Source: a virus | Taxonomy: Duplodnaviria; Caudoviricetes | Virus record (IMG/VR): IMGVR_UViG_3300035162_000133 | Location: 1 to 32,188 of that record | Reading direction: 5' to 3' (one strand) | Length of the DNA: 32,188 bases | Made by a program: the position numbers and the translations under genes | The notes under the pieces: model-generated | Databases searched by the model: none | Told to the model about the DNA's origin: nothing | The model's input: the letters and a program-made list of their open reading frames with translations, nothing else | Shown: piece by piece, positions 1 through 8,626 of the stretch | How the letters are laid out: every line of letters begins with the position of its first letter | Numbering within the stretch: the stretch's first letter is position 1

Positions 1-2445
1 AAAAAGCATACTATTTGCAGCAGTTTTTATTAATCTAAAAACACTTTCTTTTTGTATTATACAACCATTTGTGTCTGAACTATTAACCCAAGCTGAAATA
101 GAAATATTACTATAAGAAGAATAATTTATATCTCCAATAGTCATATAATCATCAGAACCATCAAAATCAACTTGCTTAGTATTAAATACTGTAGGGTTAC
201 CTGACTGATAGTCGTTTCTATTTACAAGTAGATTAGTAGGCATACCTTGATTGTATAGTGATGCTACTTCTAAGTCTGTAAGAGTTCTATCCCATAAACC
301 AAATTCAGTCATTTTACCATCTAAATAAAGTGCTTGTGGATATTGCATACCAAACAAAATATTTTCTGTTAAATTTAAAGTTATTCCTTTAATTACAACA
401 AGATGCCAATGACCATCATTTGGAACTGTAGCAGTTTGAAATCCATCTACATAAGGAGTACCACTTGATATTGAAAGAATATCTAAATCTAAATAAACAA
501 AACCTGTTCCTGTACCACCTAAACCTCTAAAATCAGCAATAAATTGTTCTCCTGTATTATCATCTCTCTTTATCCAACAAGAAACTGAACCTGTAAAGCT
601 ACCTATAGTAATGTTAGCTTTTAAATAATCATCAGCACCATCAAACTCCATACTATTAGTAGAAGTGATTAATGGATTAGCTGACTGATAAGCACCTGAA
701 TTAAGCATAAGGTTTGTAGCATCGTGCTTTAGTTCTTGTAATACTACGTTGGTTATTGAATAATTAGGTGCTACTCCTGATTTGAAAGCATATAAATTTA
801 AACGAGTATTATTATAAGTTGATGTAAAATTAAATGTTGTTTCTCCATTTGCAATAGTAGCATAACCATAAATATCTTGATTTGAAACACCTGTCAGTCT
901 AATAAGTAATTGTGCATTAGCACCTGCATCAGCAACTGTTAAAATTAATTTATATTCTGAACCTGCTGAAAAACTAACTGCATGAGATGTATTATTGTTA
1001 TAAGGTGCTGCACTTGCATCCCAAGATGCTTGTCCTTGCTCTAAACTCCAACCATCAGTAATTGCCCACCCCTGTCCTACTTCTTTGACTGATATGTTGT
1101 CTATTGTACCTTCGTAATTGAAAGCATAAAAACCTATCTCACTATTTGAAGGAGAATTTATAGTAAATGTTTGTACCTCTAAACCTGTACCTGTGTCAAG
1201 GGTATATATAGTGCTTGATGAATATGAAGTGCCATTTTTAACAAATAAAGTACCACTAACTCTATTACTACTGAATGAAATTTTATATGATTTATTAACA
1301 ACTAAACCTAAATCTTGAGTTAATAAATTTGATGTAGATGTAGAACCATCTGCTTCAGCTACACCATCTCCCATACTCCAACCTCCACCAAAACTCCAAT
1401 CTTGCCCAACCTCTTTTACTGATATATCATCTAAAGTCAATATATTAGAGGTAAGTGTTCCAATAAAAGAAATGTAACTAGAATAATTAACATAAAAATC
1501 AAATGTAGTAGGAGTAGTTGTAATAGTTTGTTGTGGGGTAAAATTTGTTAAATCTCCTGAACATTCTAGTAATGCTGTTCCTGTATTTGTTGAAGCTAAT
1601 ACTGATACTTTATAAAGTTTACCTGCCACTACACCCATATAAATCCCATTTAACCTAATACCACCTGAGCTAGTAATTCTAATACTACCATCATTAACTC
1701 CTGTTGATGGTGCAAAACTACCACCAAACCCACTTATCCAATTATGTAAAGCAGAAGTGTCGCTAAAATTTCCGTTAAGATTGTAATTAGTTATTTCTTC
1801 TGAACCTATCTCACTAAAATCTCCATTAGTTACTTCTTCATTACCTATCTGACTAAAGTTACCATTAGCTACTCTGTTTGGAGAGTAGTATGTATTGTAC
1901 ATACGAGTAATCTCTGCTTGAGTTAGTTCTCTATCAAATACTGCAAACTCATCTATGTTCCCTGTAAAATAAGTACCACTTGCTGCTTTATTTCCTCCTA
2001 TAGTTAATGATTCTGTATAAGCATCAGCACTACCTGATGAAACTGTTGATTCAACTGTTTGTAATATACCATCACAATATAACTTAGAATTTGTTATATC
2101 GTTAGTATCTGAATAAACTACCCAATGATGCCACTCTCCATCAGATTGCTTGTCTGTACTATTCCAAAACCTATAATAAGAACCACCAAGATATAAAATA
2201 GGTCTTGTTGGTGTGGAATTATTTAATTGAAAACCACCCTGACTATCTGCACCGTGTCCAAATACTATATTTTTTGTTGCTGTACTTGACTTAGACCAAA
2301 AAGAATAAGTAGTAGGTTGTGCTACAGTATCTGCACCATCAGTAATAATACATTGGTCTACTCCATCAAAGATAATAGAATGTTTATTTACAAACCTATA
2401 GGTAGGTATAGTTGGTAAACTTAACTTTTTAGCTAATGCTAACAT
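1..2445 (-). CDS. N-terminal part of giant LamG/CBM-like adhesin (receptor-binding or fibre protein), open at the window edge
   Basis: Not in the ORF track. My translation from ATG 2445 (MLALAKKLSLPTIPTYRFVNKHSIIFDGVDQ...) has no stop in 815 codons. It has LamG motifs (FDGxD, YSFW, DGEWHH, FTGNIDEFAVFDRELT) and NGxFS...DxISVKE CBM-like motifs. It joins 32166 in frame through the repeat, giving ~1800 aa. Confidence 0.88.
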   Translation of the reverse strand, partial: MLALAKKLSLPTIPTYRFVNKHSIIFDGVDQCIITDGADTVAQPTTYSFWSKSSTATKNIVFGHGADSQGGFQLNNSTPTRPILYLGGSYYRFWNSTDKQSDGEWHHWVVYSDTNDITNSKLYCDGILQTVESTVSSGSADAYTESLTIGGNKAASGTYFTGNIDEFAVFDRELTQAEITRMYNTYYSPNRVANGNFSQIGNEEVTNGDFSEIGSEEITNYNLNGNFSDTSALHNWISGFGGSFAPSTGVNDGSIRITSSGGIRLNGIYMGVVAGKLYKVSVLASTNTGTALLECSGDLTNFTPQQTITTTPTTFDFYVNYSSYISFIGTLTSNILTLDDISVKEVGQDWSFGGGWSMGDGVAEADGSTSTSNLLTQDLGLVVNKSYKISFSSNRVSGTLFVKNGTSYSSSTIYTLDTGTGLEVQTFTINSPSNSEIGFYAFNYEGTIDNISVKEVGQGWAITDGWSLEQGQASWDASAAPYNNNTSHAVSFSAGSEYKLILTVADAGANAQLLIRLTGVSNQDIYGYATIANGETTFNFTSTYNNTRLNLYAFKSGVAPNYSITNVVLQELKHDATNLMLNSGAYQSANPLITSTNSMEFDGADDYLKANITIGSFTGSVSCWIKRDDNTGEQFIADFRGLGGTGTGFVYLDLDILSISSGTPYVDGFQTATVPNDGHWHLVVIKGITLNLTENILFGMQYPQALYLDGKMTEFGLWDRTLTDLEVASLYNQGMPTNLLVNRNDYQSGNPTVFNTKQVDFDGSDDYMTIGDINYSSYSNISISAWVNSSDTNGCIIQKESVFRLIKTAANSMLF
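145..265. repeat. 121-bp exact direct repeat, copy 1 (internal)
   Basis: ATAATCATCAGAACC...GTATAGTGATGCT is identical to 32068-32188. The sequences diverge immediately to the left (t144 vs a32067). Confidence 0.97.
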
Positions 2446-2448
2446 ATA

Positions 2449-2712
2449 TTAGTTTTTATATCCGATAGCTAATCCTGAAGTCAGAGTAATAGCAGTCGTG
2501 TTCATAAACAATGTCGTTCCTGCAGGTATTGTCGTAACTAAGTTACTTGCACCTGTTGAATTAGTTACAGTAATAGCAGATATTACACTTTCTAAAACAA
2601 AGTATATTGCATAATAATCTTTACCTGTTTGTTCAGTAGTTGTAAAAACCTCTACCCCACCTAATCCTCCTAATTGCTCATTTAATAATGCTTGTGTATT
2701 TTTTATTCCCAT
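2449..2712 (-). CDS. Small beta-rich putative virion protein
   Basis: 87-aa ORF rich in T/G/V/I, directly upstream of the adhesin gene. Function is inferred from context only. Confidence 0.6.
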   Translation of the reverse strand: MGIKNTQALLNEQLGGLGGVEVFTTTEQTGKDYYAIYFVLESVISAITVTNSTGASNLVTTIPAGTTLFMNTTAITLTSGLAIGYKN

Positions 2713-2725
2713 TTTTTTTATTTAT

Positions 2726-3214
2726 TTAACTAACGTAAACGTAATTTGTTTGTGCAGGTCTTGTATAAGAATCGTACTGCACTTCTTCGCCACCTGTTGG
2801 TTCTTTTATATATAATTTTCCTAACTCTACTAATCCTTGCACTACTCCCTTATTATTTGCAGGTGGTAGTAATACATCTGTTTCATTAATTGGTGCAGTA
2901 CCTGTCGCTAAAACTACATTAGCAGACTGCCAACTAACCTCGTATATCTCGTATGACCAATACCCATTAGGCATAAAGTTTACTTTACCTGTAAAAACAT
3001 CTTGTAAAGCAGTTGTACTTGGTGTCATATTAACTCTTGTGTATCTGTTGTTTACTAACTGTGTTTGTCCGTATGAATAAACAACATTTCTATCCATATC
3101 ATTTGTGAACTTAAATAGAAACCTTAGCTTTTGTGTTGGTGCAGTTGTATCTATACGATTTTCTTCTGTTGTAGTATAAAAAGTGTAAGGTTGATCGTAT
3201 TGTCCGTGTATCAT
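2726..3214 (-). CDS. Putative virion structural protein
   Basis: 162-aa ORF directly after a late-promoter motif. No catalytic motif recognised. Confidence 0.55.
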   Translation of the reverse strand: MIHGQYDQPYTFYTTTEENRIDTTAPTQKLRFLFKFTNDMDRNVVYSYGQTQLVNNRYTRVNMTPSTTALQDVFTGKVNFMPNGYWSYEIYEVSWQSANVVLATGTAPINETDVLLPPANNKGVVQGLVELGKLYIKEPTGGEEVQYDSYTRPAQTNYVYVS

Positions 3215-3217
3215 AAT

Positions 3218-3246
3218 ATATAATAGAAAAACATTGATTTTGTTTG
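3218..3246 (-). promoter_or_regulatory. Putative late promoter CAAA-N15-TCTATTATAT, 3 nt before ATG 3214
   Basis: One of five copies of the motif upstream of structural genes. Confidence 0.75.
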
Positions 3247-3278
3247 AAAAAAAAAAGGACTACCTAAGCAGTCCTCTT
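3247..3278 (-). terminator. Intrinsic terminator after the tail tube gene
   Basis: Minus strand reads AGGACTGC-TTAG-GTAGTCCT followed by a long T run. Confidence 0.85.
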
Positions 3279-3299
3279 TAAATTATATGTAAAACCTTA

Positions 3300-3863
3300 T
3301 TATGATGTTATAATAGTACCGATAGTAAATGCAGTATTATCAAAAGGAACAGCAGTATAATCTGCAACAGTTTGCATTGGTGCAAATTCCTGTCCTTCAA
3401 ATGTCCAATCATAACCGTTCATATCACTAAAAGCAGCACCTGAAGCATTTGATCCAGAGTTTAAATCCATTCCATTAGTCGCACCTAAACATAATATTAC
3501 ATTATGATCATTAGAAGCTAATACTTGGTTTAATTGAACAAAACAAACTAAATCTGCTTGTGCAATCATTTTTAATTCGTTCTGGTCTTGTGTGCTTAGT
3601 CCTGTTAGTTTTAAATTCAATGTAGGTGCATATACAACAGTACCATTTTCTGTTGATCCTGTGATAGTTTCTGTTACACTAGCATTACCCCTTCTAATTG
3701 AATATCTGTATAAGTCATTAGTTCCCATTTCAATATCAGTAACTTCTGATCCAACAGTTACTAATGAACTAATTTCATCTTTTTTAGCAAAGTACACAAA
3801 CTTTACTCCTCCGATAAGGTTTCTACAAGGGATTCCCCTTCCGTGTGTTAAATTACAAGCCAT
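3300..3863 (-). CDS. Putative major tail (tube) protein
   Basis: 187 aa, beta-rich, with MAC...C...GGVKFVYF N-terminus and a C-terminal NGYDWTFEGQE strand. Resembles tail tube proteins of Bacteroidota siphoviruses and follows the capsid gene. Confidence 0.65.
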   Translation of the reverse strand: MACNLTHGRGIPCRNLIGGVKFVYFAKKDEISSLVTVGSEVTDIEMGTNDLYRYSIRRGNASVTETITGSTENGTVVYAPTLNLKLTGLSTQDQNELKMIAQADLVCFVQLNQVLASNDHNVILCLGATNGMDLNSGSNASGAAFSDMNGYDWTFEGQEFAPMQTVADYTAVPFDNTAFTIGTIITS

Positions 3864-3885
3864 ATTTATTTGTTTTAAAAGTTAA

Positions 3886-3913
3886 AGAAAAGGAGTTTTT
3901 ACACTCCCTTTCT
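3886..3913 (-). terminator. Hairpin / probable leaky terminator after the major capsid gene
   Basis: Minus strand reads AGAAAGGGAGT-GTAAAA-ACTCCTTTTCT then TT, with one G.U pair. Confidence 0.65.
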
Positions 3914-3919
3914 ATTTAA

Positions 3920-4834
3920 TTAGTCTTGCCAAACAACTTCAGAACCAATACCTACTTGTACCCCACCTGAATATTTAGCTACAAATCTTAAGTTCTCTGA
4001 ACCATCTAGTGGCGACATATCAAGCATTTTAACTTGTGTAGTATCACTTAAAAGGTCTGTACCAAAGTAAAGATTAGATTTTTGAGCAGCTACTAATTGA
4101 TTATCTGGCATACCATAAACAACTGCTAACTTAATTCCTTCAAAAGTTGCTTCATATTCGTTGTTCATTGAATACATATTTACATAACCTAAAGTAGAAA
4201 TTGCAGAGATGTATAGTCTGTAAGTTTTCCAATTCATATATATTACTAAATCTTCTCTACCATAAACTGTAGATGGGATTGCAGCAGAAATAATTTGTAA
4301 GTTCTCTATAATATTTGTAGCAGTATAAGCTACACCTGCACCACCTGCATTAGTTGTTGGTACTGTGTTACCATTTACTGCAAAAGCACCTGTAGCAGCA
4401 GTTAAAAACCCTTCAAACTGTCCGTTAGTTGCAGCAGCACCACTCCATACTGAAGATTCAACTGCATCAGAGATGTGTTGAGTAAAGTATGAGATAACGT
4501 AGTCCTCAAATTTAGGAGAGTTGTTATTCATAGCACCTGCCTTCATTGTTTCAGCTTCCCAAGAACTTAAAAGAGTATCTTTACAAGTTTCCATATTAAT
4601 CTGTAAATTCTTTGGAGTTAAAATTGATTCTGTTAATGCAAGATTTCCGTGATTTGTAAAATTACAATCAGCATTTCTTACTAAAGATGAACCTGCAACT
4701 TTTTGTAGGTTTTCTTTAAATTTGATATTTTGTAATACAGTTAAGTGTTCTAAAGAAGTTGCTTCTTTAAGTGCTGCCGAGATATAAAATCCTGCTGCCT
4801 TACCTGCATAATTTGATGTTACTGTAAAAGCCAT
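3920..4834 (-). CDS. Major capsid protein (HK97 fold)
   Basis: 304 aa, follows protease and scaffold. Has a capsid-like pattern (LTPKNLQIN, AVESSVWSG...FEGFL, FEGIKL, NLYFGTDLLSD) and strongly biased codons. Confidence 0.8.
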   Translation of the reverse strand: MAFTVTSNYAGKAAGFYISAALKEATSLEHLTVLQNIKFKENLQKVAGSSLVRNADCNFTNHGNLALTESILTPKNLQINMETCKDTLLSSWEAETMKAGAMNNNSPKFEDYVISYFTQHISDAVESSVWSGAAATNGQFEGFLTAATGAFAVNGNTVPTTNAGGAGVAYTATNIIENLQIISAAIPSTVYGREDLVIYMNWKTYRLYISAISTLGYVNMYSMNNEYEATFEGIKLAVVYGMPDNQLVAAQKSNLYFGTDLLSDTTQVKMLDMSPLDGSENLRFVAKYSGGVQVGIGSEVVWQD

Positions 4835-4851
4835 TTTTATTTATTTTTAAA

Positions 4852-5622
4852 TTATTTAATAGTGTAATTATATAAGATTCTTTCTCTCTTTGTCATTCTT
4901 TTTAAATCTGGAGTAAAATCTTTTTTGTCTGTGCTAAACTTGTTAGTCGCTAAAGGTACATCAGCAGGTTCATTTGATAACTCAACTACTTTAGATTTTA
5001 ATTCATCTATTTTAGCTTGGTATTCAAATTCTACTTCTTCTGTAGTCTTTATTTTTTTAGGAGTTGGATTGTTATCTGTGTCCATTTCTACATCAGATTC
5101 TTCTTCCTCAATATTTCCTACTTTATCTTTTTTAAGGTCTGCAACTGCATCTTCAAGGTTTTGTATTCTTTTTTCCATACCTGCCCAGTCCTCTACATCA
5201 GCTTCCTTACCATCATCTTCTGCCATATCTTCTTTATCTCCTTTAAGATCAGATATAGCATCCTCTAAGTTCTGGATTCTTTTCTCCATTCCTTTCCAAT
5301 CAGCAACATCTGCTTCTTCTTCCATTTCTTCTTCAACAGGTGCGCCTTCAGTTTCCTTTTCTACTTCATCTTCGTAAAGTTCAGCTACAATACCTTCCTT
5401 TTCAACTGAAAAAGCCATACCTTCATCTGTACGATATTGACCTTCTGGTAATAAGATTGTTGAACCATCTTCTGTTAATACAGAAATATCACTACCTGCT
5501 TCTAATGCAACTGCAGTAGATACTATAATAGTACCATCTTCAAGTTTTGCTTGAAATTCAAGTTTAACTTCATCTTGCTTATCAAGACCAAGTGCAACTA
5601 ATATTTGTTCTTTTAAATCCAT
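4852..5622 (-). CDS. Capsid scaffolding protein
   Basis: Very acidic, coiled-coil, lies between protease and capsid genes, and ends in a basic helix (MTKRERIL). Confidence 0.7.
   Translation of the reverse strand: MDLKEQILVALGLDKQDEVKLEFQAKLEDGTIIVSTAVALEAGSDISVLTEDGSTILLPEGQYRTDEGMAFSVEKEGIVAELYEDEVEKETEGAPVEEEMEEEADVADWKGMEKRIQNLEDAISDLKGDKEDMAEDDGKEADVEDWAGMEKRIQNLEDAVADLKKDKVGNIEEEESDVEMDTDNNPTPKKIKTTEEVEFEYQAKIDELKSKVVELSNEPADVPLATNKFSTDKKDFTPDLKRMTKRERILYNYTIK
5122..5316 (-). repeat. Two 28-codon internal repeats in the scaffold gene (period 111 bp)
   Basis: EADVADWKGMEKRIQNLEDAISDLKGDK (5233-5316) and EADVEDWAGMEKRIQNLEDAVADLKKDK (5122-5205). Confidence 0.9.
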
Positions 5623-5639
5623 AGTAAGTTCTTTTTTTT

Positions 5640-5668
5640 ATATAATAGAATTATTTATTGTTTGTTTG
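5640..5668 (-). promoter_or_regulatory. Putative late promoter for scaffold-capsid-tail tube
   Basis: CAAA-N15-TCTATTATAT, 17 nt upstream of ATG 5622. Confidence 0.75.
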
Positions 5669-5672
5669 ATTT

Positions 5673-6707
5673 TTAAAGTTTTTCTTGATATATTTTAGCC
5701 GACATTCTTGCAAATCCGTTTTGAACCTCGCCTAATCTTTTTAATATAAATTCTAAATCACTATATGGTTCAGATTTTCTAACATCAATACCTAATTCTT
5801 TTGCAGCACTTTCAAATTTCTTCCTTAAAGTTTCTGCTTTTTTATTTAATCCATTGACTGCTTTATTTTTATCTGCTGCAATATTTGATAATTTTTTTCT
5901 TGTGTCTTTAAAATCTTTTGTAAATTCTTTTGTTTGATTAAAAAGTTTTTCTATATCATCTGTAATACCCAACTCAATCTTTTGAGTTTTAAGTTCTGTT
6001 TTGCTTTTTATCATTTCATTTAAAGCACTTAGTATTTGTTCTGTTGTTGGTTGTATTTTTGCCATTTTTTCCATTTTATTAATAAAGTATCCTTCTATGC
6101 TTAGACCTTTTAACTCTCCATCTTTTATCTTACTCCAAATATCATCATTATTGATTTTCATTTTAACAAACCAAGTACCATTAGGTAAGTCATAACCATA
6201 TAGTTTAGACTTATCCATATCTCCTTCTTTTATCCAACTTTCTACAGTTAAAACACCTGTAACATCTTCTTCGTGTTGATATGTAGCCTTATGATGATTG
6301 TTATGCTTTAGATATAGACTTGCAGCTTCAGCAACAGTTTCTTTAGAAAAGTAAACGTAATAATCACTATTAGTATTAGGATCGTGTCTAAATATCTGTT
6401 TGTTAGGAATAAGTGCAGGACTAACTAACATTCTTTTCTCCTCATCTATCTTAGCAAATGTTAGATTGTTCTTCTCTTTTCCAAAAAACACAAAATTTTC
6501 TTCTATAGCAGGACTAGTAACCAGACTAATAGCATCTATTGTAAGTTCTGGACTTTCATCAGCTATTACTAATTCTACTATTGAAGTAGTCTTTAAATTC
6601 TTATAATGTTTAGGGTTTGCTTTTTCACAAGCAGCTTTTGAATCGTATTTACACTCTCCATTTTCTCCCCACTTCCATTTTCCGTTATCACATTTTGTAC
6701 AAGGCAT
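5673..6707 (-). CDS. Prohead maturation protease (XkdF-like) with N-terminal Cys-rich and C-terminal helical extensions
   Basis: AISLVTSPAIE, DEEKRMLVSPALIPN, H, VESWI, GTWFVKMKI, GELKGLSIEG pattern of XkdF/S78-like prohead proteases. Confidence 0.8.
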   Translation of the reverse strand: MPCTKCDNGKWKWGENGECKYDSKAACEKANPKHYKNLKTTSIVELVIADESPELTIDAISLVTSPAIEENFVFFGKEKNNLTFAKIDEEKRMLVSPALIPNKQIFRHDPNTNSDYYVYFSKETVAEAASLYLKHNNHHKATYQHEEDVTGVLTVESWIKEGDMDKSKLYGYDLPNGTWFVKMKINNDDIWSKIKDGELKGLSIEGYFINKMEKMAKIQPTTEQILSALNEMIKSKTELKTQKIELGITDDIEKLFNQTKEFTKDFKDTRKKLSNIAADKNKAVNGLNKKAETLRKKFESAAKELGIDVRKSEPYSDLEFILKRLGEVQNGFARMSAKIYQEKL

Positions 6708-6710
6708 AAT

Positions 6711-6739
6711 ATATAATAGATTTAATTAGTTATTATTTG
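6711..6739 (-). promoter_or_regulatory. Putative late promoter, 3 nt before ATG 6707
   Basis: CAAA-N15-TCTATTATAT. Confidence 0.75.
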
Positions 6740-6743
6740 ATTT

Positions 6744-8624
6744 TTAAATTGTTGCTCTCCTACGAATATAAGCCAATTTGTTTTGATTATCTGTAAGATT
6801 GTCTGTAACTACATAGGCTTGAATAGGTTGTTGTTCTGGTGTATCTCCTAAGTTAAAGTTTCCACTTAACATTTGGGGTGCAGGAGTTTGTGGACTACCA
6901 CTAGGAACTGAACCTCCTCCTCCTCCCCCTCCTGGCACATCTGTTTGTAGTATTGTTCTTACATTGTTAAGTCCTGTTGCAATTATTGCTGCAGCTTGTA
7001 TAAATCCTAAAGGTGTTCCTGCACCTGCTGCTAAAGCCTTATTTGCACCTACATAAGTATCTATAACTGCTGATGCTACTGCTAATGCTTTGTTATCTCC
7101 TGCCAAAGTACTTAATGCACCTGCTAGACTAGAATAAGCATCTAATTGATCGTTAATTCCTGCTTGTACTACTTGGGTTTTTTGTTTTTCATATTGCTTA
7201 GTTAATGCAGTAATATCTGTTCCTGACTTCTCAGCCATTTTAAGTTTTTCCTTATAGGCATTTTCTAATTCTAATAATTCCCTTTCTATACCATTAAGAC
7301 CTTCAGCAGCTAATTGATTTTGTATTTCTAATAGTTCTTTTTCTAAAGATACCTGATTAGTCATTTGTTCACTTCTAAAACCTGCTATTTGTGCTTCAAC
7401 TCCTGCCCTATCATTTAATGTTTGCTGATAAGCTACTTGTAAATCTATATTTTCTTTATTAGCATCTAATTCTAATTTTGCTGCTGCTATCCGTGTATCT
7501 GCTAATGATAACATTTCTTTTTCTTGCTTATTTAATATATCTGCTAATTCGTTATTAGCTGCTATACGTTCAGCAAAAGTTTTAGATTCATCATCCCTAA
7601 TTTGTCTTTGTAATTCAGCAAGTCTATCGTTCTTTTCAATTAATCCTTGTATTTGGGCTTCTGCTATTTTAGCTGCATTACCTGCTGCAGTAGTTGATTT
7701 TGATAATTCAAAATTACCTTTAATACTTATTTTAGAAACACCTTCGGCTACTTTTTCATATATAGCACCTATTTCAGTAACTGCATCTCCAAAATTAGTA
7801 ACTATGTTTTTACCTGCATCTATTGCTGCATTACCTACTTTTTCTATATCTATTATTGTTTTTCCAATACTTATTTGAAGTTCAGCCATTTTACTTTTAT
7901 CTCCATTACCTAAAGCTGAACCTTCCCAAGCTAATTGAACTTGATCTATTGCTAGTTTCATTCCTAAAAAAGCTAGTTTTAATGGTGTTATTGCTATAGT
8001 TGTAATACCTTTAATAACTTGACCTAAACCATTAAACCTATCACTAGATGCAGTAACCCATACAACAACATCAGCTAATGTACTAGCTAAATCATTAAAT
8101 GTTTTAGAAATAGTACCTACTACAGTATTCATAGTATCTAAAAACTTTTGGTTTCTTTCTAATGCTTCTTTTAAAGCTACAAAACCTGCTACAAGTAAAC
8201 CAATACCCATAGCCTTTAAAGCACTTCCTATTCCTTTAGCAGCAACACCCATCTTTTTAAAACCTTTAGCACCATCTTCTGTGCCTTTTTCTAAATCTTT
8301 AACACTATCTCTATTGTCATCTATCTGGTTTTTAATTTCTGTTAAACCTATTTTTTCTAACTTTAATTCATCATTAGCTTTTTCTATAGCTTCTTCTAAA
8401 GCATAGAACCCTGCAGCACCTGTCATTGGTGTATCTCTTAATTGAGCCTTCATTAAAACTAAATCTTTTTCAAGATCAGTAATAACTTCTTTTTGAATAC
8501 TCATTTGTTCATTTAAATTTTTGTATTCAGTTTCAGCATCAACTACTGATTTTACTAATTCTTTATTATCTTTAGTAACTGATTTTACATTTGATTTTAC
8601 ATCAAATACTATTTCTTCTGCCAT
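6744..8624 (-). CDS. Tail tape measure protein
   Basis: 626 aa, Ala/Lys/Glu-rich helical protein with a hydrophobic GIGLLVAGFVAL segment and C-terminal IQAYVV. Confidence 0.8.
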   Translation of the reverse strand: MAEEIVFDVKSNVKSVTKDNKELVKSVVDAETEYKNLNEQMSIQKEVITDLEKDLVLMKAQLRDTPMTGAAGFYALEEAIEKANDELKLEKIGLTEIKNQIDDNRDSVKDLEKGTEDGAKGFKKMGVAAKGIGSALKAMGIGLLVAGFVALKEALERNQKFLDTMNTVVGTISKTFNDLASTLADVVVWVTASSDRFNGLGQVIKGITTIAITPLKLAFLGMKLAIDQVQLAWEGSALGNGDKSKMAELQISIGKTIIDIEKVGNAAIDAGKNIVTNFGDAVTEIGAIYEKVAEGVSKISIKGNFELSKSTTAAGNAAKIAEAQIQGLIEKNDRLAELQRQIRDDESKTFAERIAANNELADILNKQEKEMLSLADTRIAAAKLELDANKENIDLQVAYQQTLNDRAGVEAQIAGFRSEQMTNQVSLEKELLEIQNQLAAEGLNGIERELLELENAYKEKLKMAEKSGTDITALTKQYEKQKTQVVQAGINDQLDAYSSLAGALSTLAGDNKALAVASAVIDTYVGANKALAAGAGTPLGFIQAAAIIATGLNNVRTILQTDVPGGGGGGGSVPSGSPQTPAPQMLSGNFNLGDTPEQQPIQAYVVTDNLTDNQNKLAYIRRRATI

Positions 8625-8626
8625 AT

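Noticed and set aside
145-265. 121-bp repeat as a biological terminal repeat or att site
   Set aside because: It lies mid-gene, one copy is not at the window end, and no integrase is present. An assembly overlap is the simpler reading.
1-2445. Diversity-generating retroelement or shufflon behind adhesin variation
   Set aside because: No reverse transcriptase or recombinase/invertase gene, no template/variable repeat pair with adenine-specific differences, and no inverted cassettes.
6913-6936. CCT/GGA run in the tape measure gene as a contingency repeat
   Set aside because: It is an in-frame poly-Gly linker with mixed codons; a length change would not shift the frame.
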